Positions 47,247-59,909 of a stretch of 64,000 nucleotides of DNA are shown piece after piece. Numbering within the stretch: the stretch's first letter is position 1; the number at the start of each line of letters is the position of its first letter. Below the pieces are notes generated by a model. The model was not told the origin of the DNA and did not search any database. It saw only the letters and a program-made list of their open reading frames with translations. The stretch covers positions 115,137 through 179,136 of the forward strand of contig RHPI01000003.1 of the NCBI GenBank assembly GCA_009103225.1, in the 5' to 3' direction. Source of the stretch: Chlorokybus atmophyticus (taxonomy: Eukaryota > Plantae > Mesostigma and Chlorokybus algae). The translations under genes were made by a program, and so were the position numbers.

Positions 47247-50200
47247 ATGGCGGCGGCGGCGGCGACCGTCGCCATGCCGGGGAGATGCTGCATGCAGCTG
47301 GTGTGTATGCTGCCGCCTCTCCGTTTGCAAACGCACTGTCGCTATCACCGCAGCAGGCTGTGCCGCTTGTCAGCCAGACGTCAAACGGGGAGCGCTTTCT
47401 TTACTGCCTCCGATCAAGGTGGGTTGCGTACCTACTTGTTTGTTGTCTTTTGGGATGATCTATAGATTACGAAAGGTGGACGTTGAGATGTCGTGGTAAG
47501 CAGTCCGTTGTGTGTTTGGCTCAATCTTCGCTAGCTGCCAGTAAAGCTGTAGCCATGCATGTAGTTGACTGCATGTTACAGTGCTGCTATGCCTTGCAAT
47601 GGAAACGCGCATCGTGCAACCTGTGCATTTCCAGGAGTCAGTCGATATGCAGCATGCCAAGTCGAGCAACAAAATTTAGAACCTTGCCTGAGTTGTGAGC
47701 TGCCGGATGGCAAAACATGGGAGTTTGAAAGCGCTGCCGAGTGTGAAGCCTTCTGGACTGCGTGGCGCCATCTGGTAGGTTGGTACATAGTCCGCAGTGT
47801 GCTGTTGCAGATTTGCGAGCGGGCATGCTGATTCTCGTCCCTTGCAACACGTCTGTCATTGCAGATGCCTCTCCACAACCCATCTGCCCCACCTCCCCTG
47901 CCGCACACCTTGTTGTCATATCCCCATGTGCGGCTGCACTTACGAGCACGAGATGCACGGAGTATGGGACCAGAGTGGTTCAAGGTTTCTGGTACGCTTC
48001 TGTTCTAGGATCTCTTACCTGCAACAATGCGAGTTATAATGACAAGGAAGGAATGGCAGTGAAGCCTTACCATACCACCATGCCCCTAGCATAGCAGTTG
48101 GTACTACTACTATACCATATTGGCAGCAACGACATGTGGCCAATGGCTCTGTTCTTGTGCAGATGGCACAACACTCGCAGAAAAAGTAGCCAAGCGCATG
48201 CATGGCGCTTTGAGTGGCCATAGTGACAGGCAAGAGACTAGCAGTTGGTGCTCGTTTGTACATGCTCAAGATGGTCTGGTCATCTCAAAAGTTGTGGCAG
48301 CAAGTCGCAGCTCAAGTGGTGCAATCCGCTGCTGTTGTCTTGCATGTCGCAGTTGCTGACCTCAACATGGTTATTGTCTCACAATCTTCCCTTTTCTGTA
48401 CATGCACCTCATGTTCTTTACCGCTGTGCAGAACAGCATGCTCGCTGCTCCTCAGCTGGGATGTCCAGTGCCTATGATGCTTATCAAGGAGAATTGCAAG
48501 GTGACCACATTGTGCAACCCAAAGACTGTCACTGCTGCCCGCCGTGCCTTTGGCATGGAAAGCTGCGAGTGGCTGGGCGTGAGCGGCGTGCTGGAGGTGT
48601 CCAGGCCAGAGTTTATTGTTGCCGCTGGAGTTGATGAGAGGTACAAGTGTGAGCTTGTGTGAGCAGATGGTGCGAACATATGCCCCTCTCATAGTGCAGA
48701 GTGATAACTTGCACTACTTGCCAGAAGGCTGAATCACTTTGCGCAGGGGCCAGTGGAGTGTGAGGCAGTTCATGGGCGAGCAGGCTCGCGCGTTTCATCG
48801 GGCATTGGAATGTATGTCTGGCAAGATGCCATTTGATGCCGCAACCCCACAAGCACTGCCAGCACAAGTAAGGCAGCATGATTGTGGCCTACATGTTGCG
48901 CATGCGACTGCATTGCAGCAACCAACAGCTGTTGGTGAGCATGCTCTGTTTGTGCTTACATCATACAGCAAGCCCGTCCATTGTCAGCAGTGACGGAGAA
49001 CTCACTCGCGTTGAAACACCCTTGATGCATCAACCGCAGCTGAAACTGTCATGCACGCGTTGTGAACAGGTGCGCGAGTCCCTGCAACAGCTCGAGGCTA
49101 GTTCAGTATCCTCTCATCACCACAGCATCCGAGTACTGTCTCCAAAGTTTGCTCCTCGAGTTGACTCTCCACGCTGCTTTGCTGCTTATCATGAAGCCGG
49201 TCACGCGCTAATGGGTGCTTTGTCACCTATTGCTGATGTACGCAAACACCTGCTGCTTGATGAATTGTAAGCCAACTGCTGTGTCATTTATGAGACACAT
49301 GTGGTGTTGCCTTACAGATTGAGTCTTCAGGCGTTGACTGTTTGGTGCAATCGGTGTGGTTGGGTACGACTAAGATACAGTTCCTCGCTGAGATTGAAGG
49401 CTGGCATGCCACAGTTCACGCCATGTCCGTGTGGCTAGGAGGACTGGTACTGGGATTCGCGCACAGGCAACGGCGGCTCTTGCATGCGGCATGTGCAGCT
49501 TGTATCTGGCTTACACTGTGCGGTTGCAGGTCTCGGAAGAGTTGATGTATGGCCGCGCGGACACGTATGGCTCCAGTGATGGCTGTGCTGGCTTTAGCGA
49601 TGACCTTGCACAAGGCAAGTTGAGCCTACTTTGTAACTTGCGTACAGTGTGGGCGGATGCATTCAGGGTTGATGCAAGAAACAGTCATGCATGGATGTTG
49701 CAACCACGCACTGTGTGGTGGTTGCACGCCGCATACACGCGCAAAGTGCGCGACAGTTGCATCCGTCAGGTTCTAGGTTGCATGGGGTTGCAGCTTCTAA
49801 CCAAACTTCCTTGCCACTCACTACAGCAACCAGGCTTGCTGTGCAATACACATCCAGCTCTGATGGTAGTGATGCATGGCACCCACCGGAGGAGAGCTTA
49901 CTGGCTGTTGACTGCAAGCCTTGTGTTCGGACCCTAGGACTGCCGTACAGTGGCCCATATGATCATCGGGTCCTGGCTCTCATTGACCAGGCCTATTCGG
50001 TGGGTAGTGCAAATGAGAGCGCCTGACCACAACACCTTACAAAAGCTATTCACTCATGCTGTCAGCTTGTGCAATTCACAGGTGGCGTGCAGCAAACTTT
50101 CTCAGCATGAAGACGCGCTTCACCTCGTTGCAGGCGCCTTGATGGACACGCGCCACGTCACTCACGATCAGATTATATCCTTGTGCCTGGAATGTGACAG

Positions 50201-50264
50201 CTTTGCCCATTTGGTTGTACCACAACCTGCAGAGCAAGAGGCAGCGCTGGCTGTCGTGCAATGA
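47247..50264 (+). CDS. Peptidase M41 (FtsH protease-domain) protein without a recognisable AAA domain; possible organellar transit peptide
   Basis: AAYHEAGHALMG zinc motif near 49185-49215, followed by WLGGLV|SEELMYG, GFSDDLAQ and KLSQHEDALHLVAGALMDTRHVTHDQI, all typical of the M41 domain. The N-terminus is Ala/Arg/Ser-rich. No Walker A was seen in upstream exons. Confidence 0.8.
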
Positions 50265-51284
50265 CAATTGATGAGTAGTTCAGTCTAGATAGCCCAGGGT
50301 ATGTACTAGTAAGCAGCATAGGTAGCTTGTTTTGTATCAACCTATGATATAAATGTTCAGCACATGCAACAGAACTTGCGTGCAGGGTGCTCGGTACATA
50401 TGATGCGTGACATAGACCTTGTCAAACATGGGCATTCTGCTGCTGTGTGCTCACATCACACACAACCCAGCAACGTCCGTGTCAGAGTGCGCTTACAACA
50501 CAATGCTACGTGCCTGAGAAAGGTTTTCACAAACACAAATCAAGTGTATGGTTTACCGCTAGCTACCCGTATATTAATGTATTGATAACGTCAAATGCCA
50601 AAAAGTACATGTATCAGCGTATCAATGGCATTGACGTGTACCAGTCGAACAACATTCTACAAAACCGACAAACCTGTACAGTGCTAGGGCATGATGAAAA
50701 CAAGTGTGAGCTGTATTACCAGTACAACATAATTGTTTGCAGATCTTTGCGCACCTTCATAGTTCACGCAACTCCATCAAGCTAACTACCCATTTTGTGC
50801 CTAGGACACTCTCTTGTGACTATCCGGGTTAAGACGTACATAGAGAAAACGACATTCTACCCACATGGCTTGTCTCAAGTCACAGGTTGTCATCAACATA
50901 CTTCTTACACATCAAACCAGTTATGCCCTTTTTCAGTGACTATCTTTGATGGTATGTGTATCAGAGACAGCAACAAGTTTAATGTCATATACAGTTATTT
51001 GCATTGATAATTTGGTGGATCGACACCACATACCCAAGAACAACAACACCCCTACATAAACCCGACCAAGAATAACCCAGCATGGCGCATCCGACAAGAT
51101 TGCTACCTCGCTAAGCATAACCATTGGTTCAAGCGACACTGCAGCTGCCCACCCACAAAGACATTGCAGGTACACATGTGACACCACCCCAAGGACAGGC
51201 ATGCAAATGCAAGCAATGGCAACAGAGCCTTTCTCCAACTTGTTGGTAAGAAACAGCGTGCGCAGAAATACAGTTGAACTACAT

Positions 51285-52336
51285 CTAATAACCACCCTTG
51301 TCTGCCGTGACATCGTACGGGATGGGGGTGACAGTCTCCATTTCTGACACGGGGACCGTGACGCCTGGCTTCGGGCCAGCGGGCTGGCGCCTCAGCACCA
51401 CCTTGTCTGCAAATCACTTGAATTGATCAGAGAGAGCAGCACAGTATAACAATATAAGCATGAGCACAATAACCAACACTGAAACCCAGTGCTAACCAAT
51501 GCATTACTCGAGTGTTACACATTGGGCAGCAGACACGACAATGTAGTTACATAACACTATGCGTGCTACTAACTATACTGTTTGCTACAGCGCAACCAGA
51601 CAGACACAGCACAAAGTTGACGCAACAACGCTAGTTTGTTGAATATCTGTCACACACTGTAACTCTCTGCATTTGGCTCCTTGTAATCAAAACGCCAAAT
51701 GCACTCAGCCAACCCAACCAGCAGCCTAGTGCAAAAGGCATGCGCGGAGTACACCAAACTGGATACTCCAATACTCCAACCCATGAGCACAACTTGCGGT
51801 GCGGCAACATTCTAAAGATGGTAGAGGACTTGTGATAAGAGACAAAGTACTACATGCTAGATGGCAACTATACTCCGGCCTTCACGTTATCCCGTTGCAA
51901 AAAGCATGCTCCACTAATCGGGGCTACGCGCATGACGTTGTTGCTGTCACACACGACAACGCTTACCTCCAGCCGCCTTCGCAGCCTTGCGCTTCTCGTC
52001 ATTGAGCTTGACCCTGTTGAGAAAATCCTCCCTGCAGCGTGAGGGCTTGACGTGCTCGATGCGGACATGCAGGCGCTTGGGGATGACGCGGTTGCCGATG
52101 GTCTTGTTGACAATAACGCCAACAGCACGCTTGGTGACGTTCCACACGACGCCCGTGCGACCGTGGTAGAACTTGTGGGGCATACCCTTGTGGACAGCGC
52201 CGTTCACCTTGATGTCCACATAGTCGCCCAGGCGGTAAGTCCTCAGGTACGTCGACACGGGGATGTAACCATGCTGCCTGAAGCCTCGCGAGAAAAGATC
52301 TCGCGTCCTGGATCGCAGACCGTGCCCGGCCGGCAT
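51285..52336 (-). CDS. RPL21: 60S ribosomal protein L21 (eL21), 2 exons, 163 aa
   Basis: Exon 1 (52336-51967) [23 protein letters not shown]...[23 protein letters not shown]; exon 2 (51406-51285) [15 protein letters not shown]...[17 protein letters not shown]. Total 492 nt, GT-AG intron. Confidence 0.98.
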
Positions 52337-52413
52337 CTTGCCCCCACAACAAGGACGACGCCCGCACCCACGCCGCCGCCGCCGCCGCCGCCGCCGCGGG
52401 CAAAGAGACCCAC

Positions 52414-52421
52414 AACCCTAA
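52414..52421 (+). promoter_or_regulatory. Telo-box-like motif AACCCTAA upstream of RPL21
   Basis: AACCCTAA lies about 80 bp upstream of the RPL21 ATG; a similar AACCCTAA is near 37205 in the RS/CD36 spacer. Telo-boxes are typical of plant ribosomal-protein promoters. Confidence 0.45.
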
Positions 52422-52721
52422 TTCCAAAGCGGCTTGGCTGCAGTGCGGGTCTTACCAACAGAGCAGCGAGCAAAGGCACTTAAGACCCGACAAACTTCTG
52501 AACAGGTCGATATCATCGATTAGCCGTTTATCAATGAGAATGAGATATCCCAAAAGCTTAGCAGGTATCTAGTTGTCACGTGCTTTCCCGGTTGCGGACT
52601 TTGTCTTTTGCTGCTTCGCTCTCAGCTCGCCGCCGCCGCCGCCGGCTGCGGCGGCGGCGAGGGAGGAAGAGGAGGAGGACAGCGAAAAGCAGGAAAAGAA
52701 GGCCAAGATCACGGATCAGAG

Positions 52722-53147
52722 ATGGCGTGGTACATGGGTGATACTGAGGGCGCCGTCCTTGACTTGTGCGCTCTGATCACGGATGACGGCGACGAGTCCT
52801 GGGTCGGCCACGTGGACTACACCCTGGCGTTCCACGTGGCCATCGTCTGGCCTGGCCCAATCGGATCGGCGCATCTGTATAACGACGACTACGTTGATGA
52901 TCACCTGGAGCTGCACGCGATTGAAGCAGGGTGGGATGATGACGGCGAGGTTGAGGGGGAGGAGGAGGAGGAGAGTGCGGGTGAAGCAGAGTCCACTGTG
53001 GTTGTATTGAGAGAAGAAAGGAAGAAGAGTGTTGAGGAAGGATTCCGACCTGCACTTAGGGCACTGGAGCGCATGGGTTCATCAATTGGACCCCAACGTT
53101 ACCGAGGTGCGCTGATGCTTGATCACAGTCCTGATGGAATATCCTGA
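52722..53147 (+). CDS. 141-aa ORF: unique GC3-rich N-terminal part joined in frame to the duplicated acidic tail
   Basis: ATG at 52722 after a GCC/GGA leader; MAWYMGDTEGAVLDL...AIEAGWD|DDGEVEGEEEEE...PDGIS*. The sequence after 52936 is identical to 63117 onward. Confidence 0.45.
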   Translation: MAWYMGDTEGAVLDLCALITDDGDESWVGHVDYTLAFHVAIVWPGPIGSAHLYNDDYVDDHLELHAIEAGWDDDGEVEGEEEEESAGEAESTVVVLREERKKSVEEGFRPALRALERMGSSIGPQRYRGALMLDHSPDGIS

Positions 53148-53820
53148 TGGGATGTGTGGCGTGTGTGATATGTGTGATTTCTGTGCGGTATGTGGGGTGT
53201 TTAGTGCATTGCTTCATGATTTGTGGCGTTGGAGCTTTCTGATCTAGAGCAGCTTACTACAGGTGTCTGTGTGTTGGTGCTACTGCAGCTCTGTTGATGC
53301 CATAGTGTCGATCTGCTACACAGAAAGCTGTATCTGCTGATTGGCGTGTCGATGTTACGCTATGTGCTTGCCTATGCGTGCATTTACGCTGACTCTGTGT
53401 GCGCGTGGGTGTGTGTGCGCTCGTCCGTACGCATGCGTGCGCATCTAAATGGACAAAGCATCTGAGAATCTCATTTCAACAACCTCCCTCTCCCAAGCAG
53501 GTTCCCCTCCCCCTTCCCCTCGTCTTCCCATCGGCAGCAGCAGTGAAGCCTCCCCTCCCTCCCTCCCCCCCTCCCTCTCCCTCTCCCTCTCCCTCGCCCC
53601 CCTCCGCTCCCTCTCCCTCGCCGCCTCCGACGCCTCCGTCGGCCTCCGGCGCGCGCTGGGAGGGGGACTCGCTAGGGTGAGAAGGGCCGTCAAGACCGCG
53701 ATGTTCGCGAGGACGAGCATCGGGGGAGGGGAGGGAAGGAAACCGACGGTGCTGATCATAGGTGAGGAGGGGAAGGTGGGGGTGGGCGTGGGTGGGTGGG
53801 TGGGTGGGTGGGCGTGGGTG
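52937..53820 (+). repeat. Exact direct duplication, copy 1 (at least 884 bp, offset 10180)
   Basis: Identical on visual line-by-line comparison to 63117-64000; the ORF track gives identical peptides (e.g. 53399-53680 and 63579-63860). Confidence 0.95.
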
Positions 53821-54877
53821 TGGACGTAAGTGTGCATGTGTACGTGCACTCGCATATACATGCGAGCAAGTGATGATAAGCAAGTGTAGGAACATGCGTG
53901 CAGACATGCACGTGCACGCCAGGATTATGCGCGCACACACTCTCGCACACGTGCTCAGAGATGCACACATACACAAGCACAGATGCACGAATGCACCTAT
54001 ACACAGTGACACGTACACGCACATGCACGCACACACGCTTCCCCCAGGTGCCGAGTTTGCCGCCGGCGAGTCCACCGCCCGTTCCCTCCTCCGTTCCTCC
54101 CTCTTCCTGGTCCAGTTCACCTCCTCCTCTTCCCTCTCCGACCAGCGCTCCCTCACGGTCGACCTCAGCTCCTTCCACGACTACCGCCTGGACGAGCTCC
54201 GCAAGGCCGGCGCCGCCCGCGTGGAGGCGGACCTGACGGACAGGGCCGCCCTGGCCGTCGCCATGAGGGGGGTCGCCGCCTGTGTCTATGTGGAAGGGTG
54301 GAGCCTGTTCGAACCGCATCTGGAAGTGGAGAGGGGCAAGGTCGTGGCGGATGTGGCCAAGGAGATGGGGGTGAAACATGTGGTGTATGCGGGGATGGAG
54401 GATGTGAGGGAGGGGGTGGAGAGGGAGGGGAAGGGGGAGGAGGGAAGGGGGTGGGTTGTGCCGCATTTTGAAGCCAAGGCGGAGGTGGAGGAGTATATGA
54501 AGGTGAGGGCGGACACGTGTGTGTGCATGCGCGCGTGCGTGTGTGGTTTCAACATGGACACGTGCACACATGCACGTGTACACATCTGACACATAGGTGT
54601 TTGTATTTGTCTCAACACAATACGCTTACGTGTGCATGTGTACATGTGCACATATTGTAATAAGGGACGGTTGGTCTTTTGCTCTATGTCGCAGAGTTGA
54701 CTAATCGCACCAATGGTGTGCACACGCAGTCGATCGGCCTTCCAGTCACAAGCATCCGGATCCCGTTCTACTACCACGAGATCCTCGACTTCGCCCTCTT
54801 CCGCGCCGAAACAGGTAACACCCTTCTTCCCAATCACCCCTCACACCACCCCAACCACAACACCAACAACAATGTGC

Positions 54878-54969
<92 letters not shown>

Positions 54970-56078
54970 NTGCGTGTTATCGATCCTGTCGGACCCCGAG
55001 CGATTCGTGGGAAGGACCGTCGGGCTGGCGGGGGATCGACGGACGATGGGGGACTACTGCGAGGAGATGAGCGGGATGCTGGGGGCGAGGATCACGTATC
55101 ACGCGGTGGAAACGGACTGGTAGGCTGGGCAGTACAGAACTGTGAGAGATCTCTGGCTACACTGTTTTGTGCGTGCGCGTGCGCGTGACTATGGGTGCGA
55201 GTGCGCGCGTGCGTGCATGTGTGCGTTCGCGCTTGCGGGCGTGCATGCGTGCATGCGTCTGTGTGTGTGTGCGCCTACATGTCCGCGTATGTGTGCACAT
55301 GCGCTCACACGTGCATGCGCAGGCATGAGTGCGCGCATGTGCGTGCGTGCGTGCATGCACGTGTGTCGGCTTGTATCTGCGTGCTCATGGGCAAATGTGT
55401 GAGTGCATGCCTGCACGAGCGCATGCACATGTGCGTGTGTATCGGTGATATGTGTGCTAACACACGTGTATGTATATGCATGCATCCTTTGACCTTTCAC
55501 ATACCAAACTATAGCTTCCTCTCTTCAGGTTCGAGCAGAGGTCAGGTTTTGGCTTCGGGCGCGCCATCGCCAACATGTACGCCTTTCTGGGCGACTACTC
55601 GTCAATGGTGGACCGGAGCGTCGAGGCCACGCTCGCGCTTCACCCCGACGCGGAGAGCTTTGCGCGCTGGAGCGGCCACGACGCAGCGGTGCGTGACATT
55701 GTTGTATCACATGTTGTATGTGGGTATGTGAAGGTGAGTTCGCAGAGTGTGATGAGGGCTGCATTGCAGGAAGCTGCGACGGGGTACCGTAAAGACTCGT
55801 ACAAGAAGGACTCGAAGTGGGGCGACGGACTCCCCGCGCTGAGCTTCTGGTGAAAACGTCTACTGTGTTGTTGTTCAATCCAGATATGTCGGGTTTGCTG
55901 TTGCACGACTATGCTAACTGCTTGTGGGGATAATGACGTTGTACTTGTCTCAGGGGCAAGGCGGCGTTGTTTTCGGACACGCTGGCCATGAGTGCACACG
56001 CCACACGGAAGACGAGTTCCAGACGCTGGGAGGTAAGCTAGTGTTGTCATGGCTATCTTCCCGCAACTTGTCCTTCTG

Positions 56079-56109
<31 letters not shown>

Positions 56110-56454
56110 CTCCTCCTCCAGAACGTCCGCGCGATGGCCCGCGTGGTCAAGCTCCAGCACGGCGCCTTGCAACACACCTCTGACCAACCAACATCATCGG
56201 GCTCGACAACGGTGCCGTTGGTCGGGGTGCTCAAGGCGAGGAGCGCGTTCCGGCGGGGATCGTCGAGGGCGACGCAGGAGGCGAAGAGGAGACTGGGGAC
56301 CCCGGCGACACCGCGCACACCACGCACACCAAGGTGCGCGTGGGTGTGGGTGTATGTGTTGACTTGGGATGCTGATGATGGTTGGCTTTGCTTGCTCAGG
56401 GCCATTACTCAGGGGATGCTCGTGGACGACACGGGGCAAGTGCTCATCGCGTGA
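53449..56454 (+). CDS. NmrA/HSCARG-like NAD(P)-binding (atypical SDR) protein with a C-terminal extension
   Basis: KPTVLII|GAEFAAGESTARSLL; LRKAGAARVEADLTDRAALAVAMRGV; GKVVADVAKEMGVKHVVY; VPHFEAKAEVEEYMK; SIGLPVTSIRIPFYY; ILSDPERFVGRTVGLAGDRRT; ANMYAF. Spliced tail exons end DDTGQVLIA* at 56454. Confidence 0.88.
54879..54969. other. 91-nt poly-C run followed by N, probable sequencing artefact
   Basis: Uninterrupted C run ending in an N inside an NmrA intron/exon boundary region. Confidence 0.8.
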
Positions 56455-57120
56455 GGGCTACTCGACGTGTGTTTACATTAGAGCTGCGCGACGCACACTC
56501 CAAGATAACGTGCATGCACGGCCAAGCATAGCCACAAGCAACAAACACAGCACTCCATTAGACGGGGGCCAAGGCAGAGTTTCAACTCTAGGACTTACTG
56601 ACTCAACCTATTGCTAGAACCAACTTCTAGACCCTCATACAGCGAGGGAAGCAGAGACAGCCAGGACTCAACAACGGTAACCACCTGCAGAATGCAGGGG
56701 CAACATGTTCGCTGGTTGATCTGTTGGCATGAACATTGAACATTGAAGTGGTTTGAGCTGCTTTTCTCCTGAGTCGGTGATTTGATTAGCTCCTGTGTGC
56801 GTACAGCCCCTTCGTAATATACATGTATACATGAGGCTCACTCCTCAACCTTTGAATGCAAGTACCAGATAACATAAAGGCATGGTGGACAGGGTATTGC
56901 ACAGCCAACAACAGTGTAATACTGTAACAGCCTATGCTTTACATCTGTAGTGCATCCCCGTGTTGCAGTCATGGTCACAGCGCGGTTAACGTCTGACCCC
57001 TGCCGTTGCATGCCAAGTTCATTGCGTGCGTGCGTGCGTGACACCCATGTCATCAATTGAGGACAACAGAAGGAGACACCATCCAACAGCCAGTTTAGCA
57101 CCAGTTACACACATACAACC

Positions 57121-59744
57121 TCAAGTGAACACGCGCGTGTCCTGGCCGCCGCCCTCCTGCAAGCCCATCCCCATCCCCATGCCCACCACCCCGCCGCCCC
57201 CCTCGCGCGCCTCCGCCTCCGCCTCCGCCTCCATCTCCGACGCCACCTGCACGTGACAAGAGATGAGTGTGATGTATGAGCGTGTGGTTGTGTGTTGTGC
57301 GTACATCTGCGAGGAGGGCTTCTGGGTCCCAGAGCACGTCGTCCTCGCGGAGCTGCGGGGCGGGCACGAGCACGGCGGCGAGGAGGCTCAGGTCCACGCT
57401 CGAGTCCAGACCCTCACTGCGTTGAGCAAAACAGGAGTAGGAAGCAAGTTGGAAGTTGCTGTTTGGACGGGGGCAGAGAAAAATGACTGAAGAACAAGTA
57501 GAGATGAGACTGCTTACAAGAGGGCGGGAAGGCGGACGCCGGACTCGCTCTCCAACTCTCTTATTGTCTACCAAACGCAGCAGTTGGCAAACATATCCAT
57601 GTTGGTAATAAACAGTAAGCAGTTTATTGCTTAGCCAGGCGATACACACGAGGTTGTGTGAGACTGCGCATTCCACAGAAGTAAGACATCGATCCAGCAG
57701 AGAACACAGACGCGCACATGCACACACGCGCGTACGCACACGCACACGCACACGCACCCGTATAAATACACCTTGCACCCCTCACCTGCACTCTTTCTTG
57801 CGCCGCCCTCACTCTCGGCGCCCTCGCACTCTCCCCCGCTCCCTCTCCACTCCTCCTCCCTCCCCCCCCTTCCCTCCCCCCTNNNNNNNNNNNNNNNNNN
57901 NNNNNNNNNNNNNNNNNNNNNNNNNNNNNNNNNNNNNNNNNNNNNNNNNNNNNNNNNNNNNNNNNNNNNNNNNNNNNNNNNNNNNNNNNNNNNNNNNNNN
58001 NNNNNNNNNNNNNNNNNNNNNNNNNNNNNNNNNNNNNNNNNNNNNNNNNNNNNNNNNNNNNNNNNNNNNNNNNNNNNNNNNNNNNNNNNNNNNNNNNNNN
58101 NNNNNNNNNNNNNNNNNNNNNNNNNNNNNNNNNNNNNNNNNNNNNNNNNNNNNNNNNNNNNNNNNNNNNNNNNNNNNNNNNNNNNNNNNNNNNNNNNNNN
58201 NNNNNNNNNNNNNNNNNNNNNNNNNNNNNNNNNNNNNNNNNNNNNNNNNNNNNNNNNNNNNNNNNNNNNNNNNNNNNNNNNNNNNNNNNNNNNNNNNNNN
58301 NNNNNNNNNNNNNNNNNNNNNNNNNNNNNNNNNNNNNNNNNNNNNNNNNNNNNNNNNNNNNNNNNNNNNNNNNNNNNNNNNNNNNNNNNNNNNNNNNNNN
58401 NNNNNNNNNNNNNNNNNNNNNNNNNNNNNNNNNNCTCCCCCCTCCCTCCTCCTCCTCCTCATCCCCAAGATCCGGTATCGCCAACACGCCGTCCTCCACC
58501 TCATCCATCTCATCCACTCCCGCAACTCCCCCGCCATCCTCGTGCTTGCGGCGGTCCGGTCCAACGGCGTGGGTGGCGTTGAGGGTGTTGAGAGAGTCAG
58601 TAGCAGTACCACCTCTGCGGCGTGAAGAGGAGGAGGAGGAGGAGGAGGGGGGTTGAGAGGGCTTGCGAGAGGAGGAGGAGGAGGAGGGAGGGAGGGATTG
58701 GGACTCGGCGGACCAGCCAGATTTGGAGGGTGGAGGGGGTGTGGGCTGCAACAACGGTGTGGAGGTGGTATTGATGATGATAAAGCAGTGACGTCAATGG
58801 TAACGACAATTACAAAGACAGTGCGCACCGGGCAGACGGGGGAACACATTCAGACAGAGCAAGACACACTCATGCTCGCACACTGTGTGCGCAGCACGCG
58901 CGCGTGCACCGATGCACATACATGCGTACATGCACGCATTTACACACGCACACGCACACCCGCACCAGCACCCGCACCCACGCATGCACGCGAACACGCT
59001 CACGCGTACGCCCTCTTCTCAACTTACGGGTCTGTCGTGCAGTAGAGCTGCGTCGGCAGGGGGCGTCTCGCCGGCGGCTACAAGCACCCGACGCCGGCGG
59101 CCGTTCTGCAATGCATGCATGTTTGTATGTGATCATAATGCACAACAGCAACGCCACATCGACAGATTTGGAATACGCCGACCTATCCCATAATCGCACC
59201 TTGACTTGCGAACACCGGACCACAAGATCATTGCGCATGAACACTATCAGATGAGCTATGAGTGTGTTACAAGCAAGATCGCAACGTTCAGCTGTGCAAC
59301 GCACTCTTAGGGTCAGGTTCAGCGAAATTAAGTACCAAAAGAGTGATACGACCGTCGTTCATGTCACTCTTTTGGTTTTTGTACTGTGCGGCAACACAGC
59401 AAACAATTTCCTCCCGTCTTGGATAATAAATGAGTGTCACTTTGTGGCTTGTTTAGTTATAAATGAAGTGTAATGTATGATTTAACCAACTTGCACACTA
59501 CTCTGCTTAAACACTTACCTCGGGCTCAGCCCCCATCTTGTAAGTGATTGGCTGTGTATTTACCCCCCCCCCCCCCCNCCCCCCCCCCCAAATCACCCTC
59601 CAGATTTAGCCTCTCCTCTTCGTCCTCCTTGTCGTTGTGCTTGTCCTTGTCCTTGACCTGTGTATCCTCCTCCTCCTCCTCCGCCGCCGCCGCCGCCGCC
59701 CTGACCTGGCCTGCAAGCCTGTGAAGGACAGTTACAACTTCCAT
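57121..59744 (-). CDS. IFT43: Intraflagellar transport protein 43 (IFT-A subunit), spans the assembly gap
   Basis: KSGW; GVLAIPDLGDEEEE; PRVRAAQERVQ|TIRELESE; VDLSLLAAVLVPAPQLREDDVLWDPEALLAD|VASEM all match remembered IFT43 motifs (IPDLE, RVQTIRELD, DLSLL..L.P...E.D..W). Assignment of the first exon (59744) is tentative. Confidence 0.85.
57883..58434. other. Assembly gap (552 N)
   Basis: Run of N flanked by C/T-rich low-complexity sequence. Confidence 1.
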
Positions 59745-59909
59745 GCCAGATTAAACGCCGACTGCCGACGGTGTTGACAAACTGTCGGTTGTCGACTATG
59801 CAGCCACCATCACGTGACACTGAGGTTGGCCTGCCTGGGCGGCGGCGGCGGCAGCGGCGGCGGACGAGGAGGAGGAGGAGGAGGAGGAGGAGGCCGAAGA
59901 TCTGACAAG

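Noticed and set aside
51407-51966. Intronic snoRNA in RPL21 (hairpin at about 51669-51702 followed by ACA)
   Set aside because: No box C/D pair and no second hairpin or H box; single stem without a guide pocket.
54879-54969. Poly-proline coding tract or G-quadruplex array
   Set aside because: A pure homopolymer ending in N is most likely a sequencing artefact.
55689-55769. Recursive splice site AAG|GTGAGT at 55733 in the NmrA-like gene
   Set aside because: The intron is only about 80 nt; it is more simply an alternative donor adding 15 codons in frame.
57624-58849. Long ORFs of 270-376 aa
   Set aside because: Artefacts of translating through the 552-N gap.
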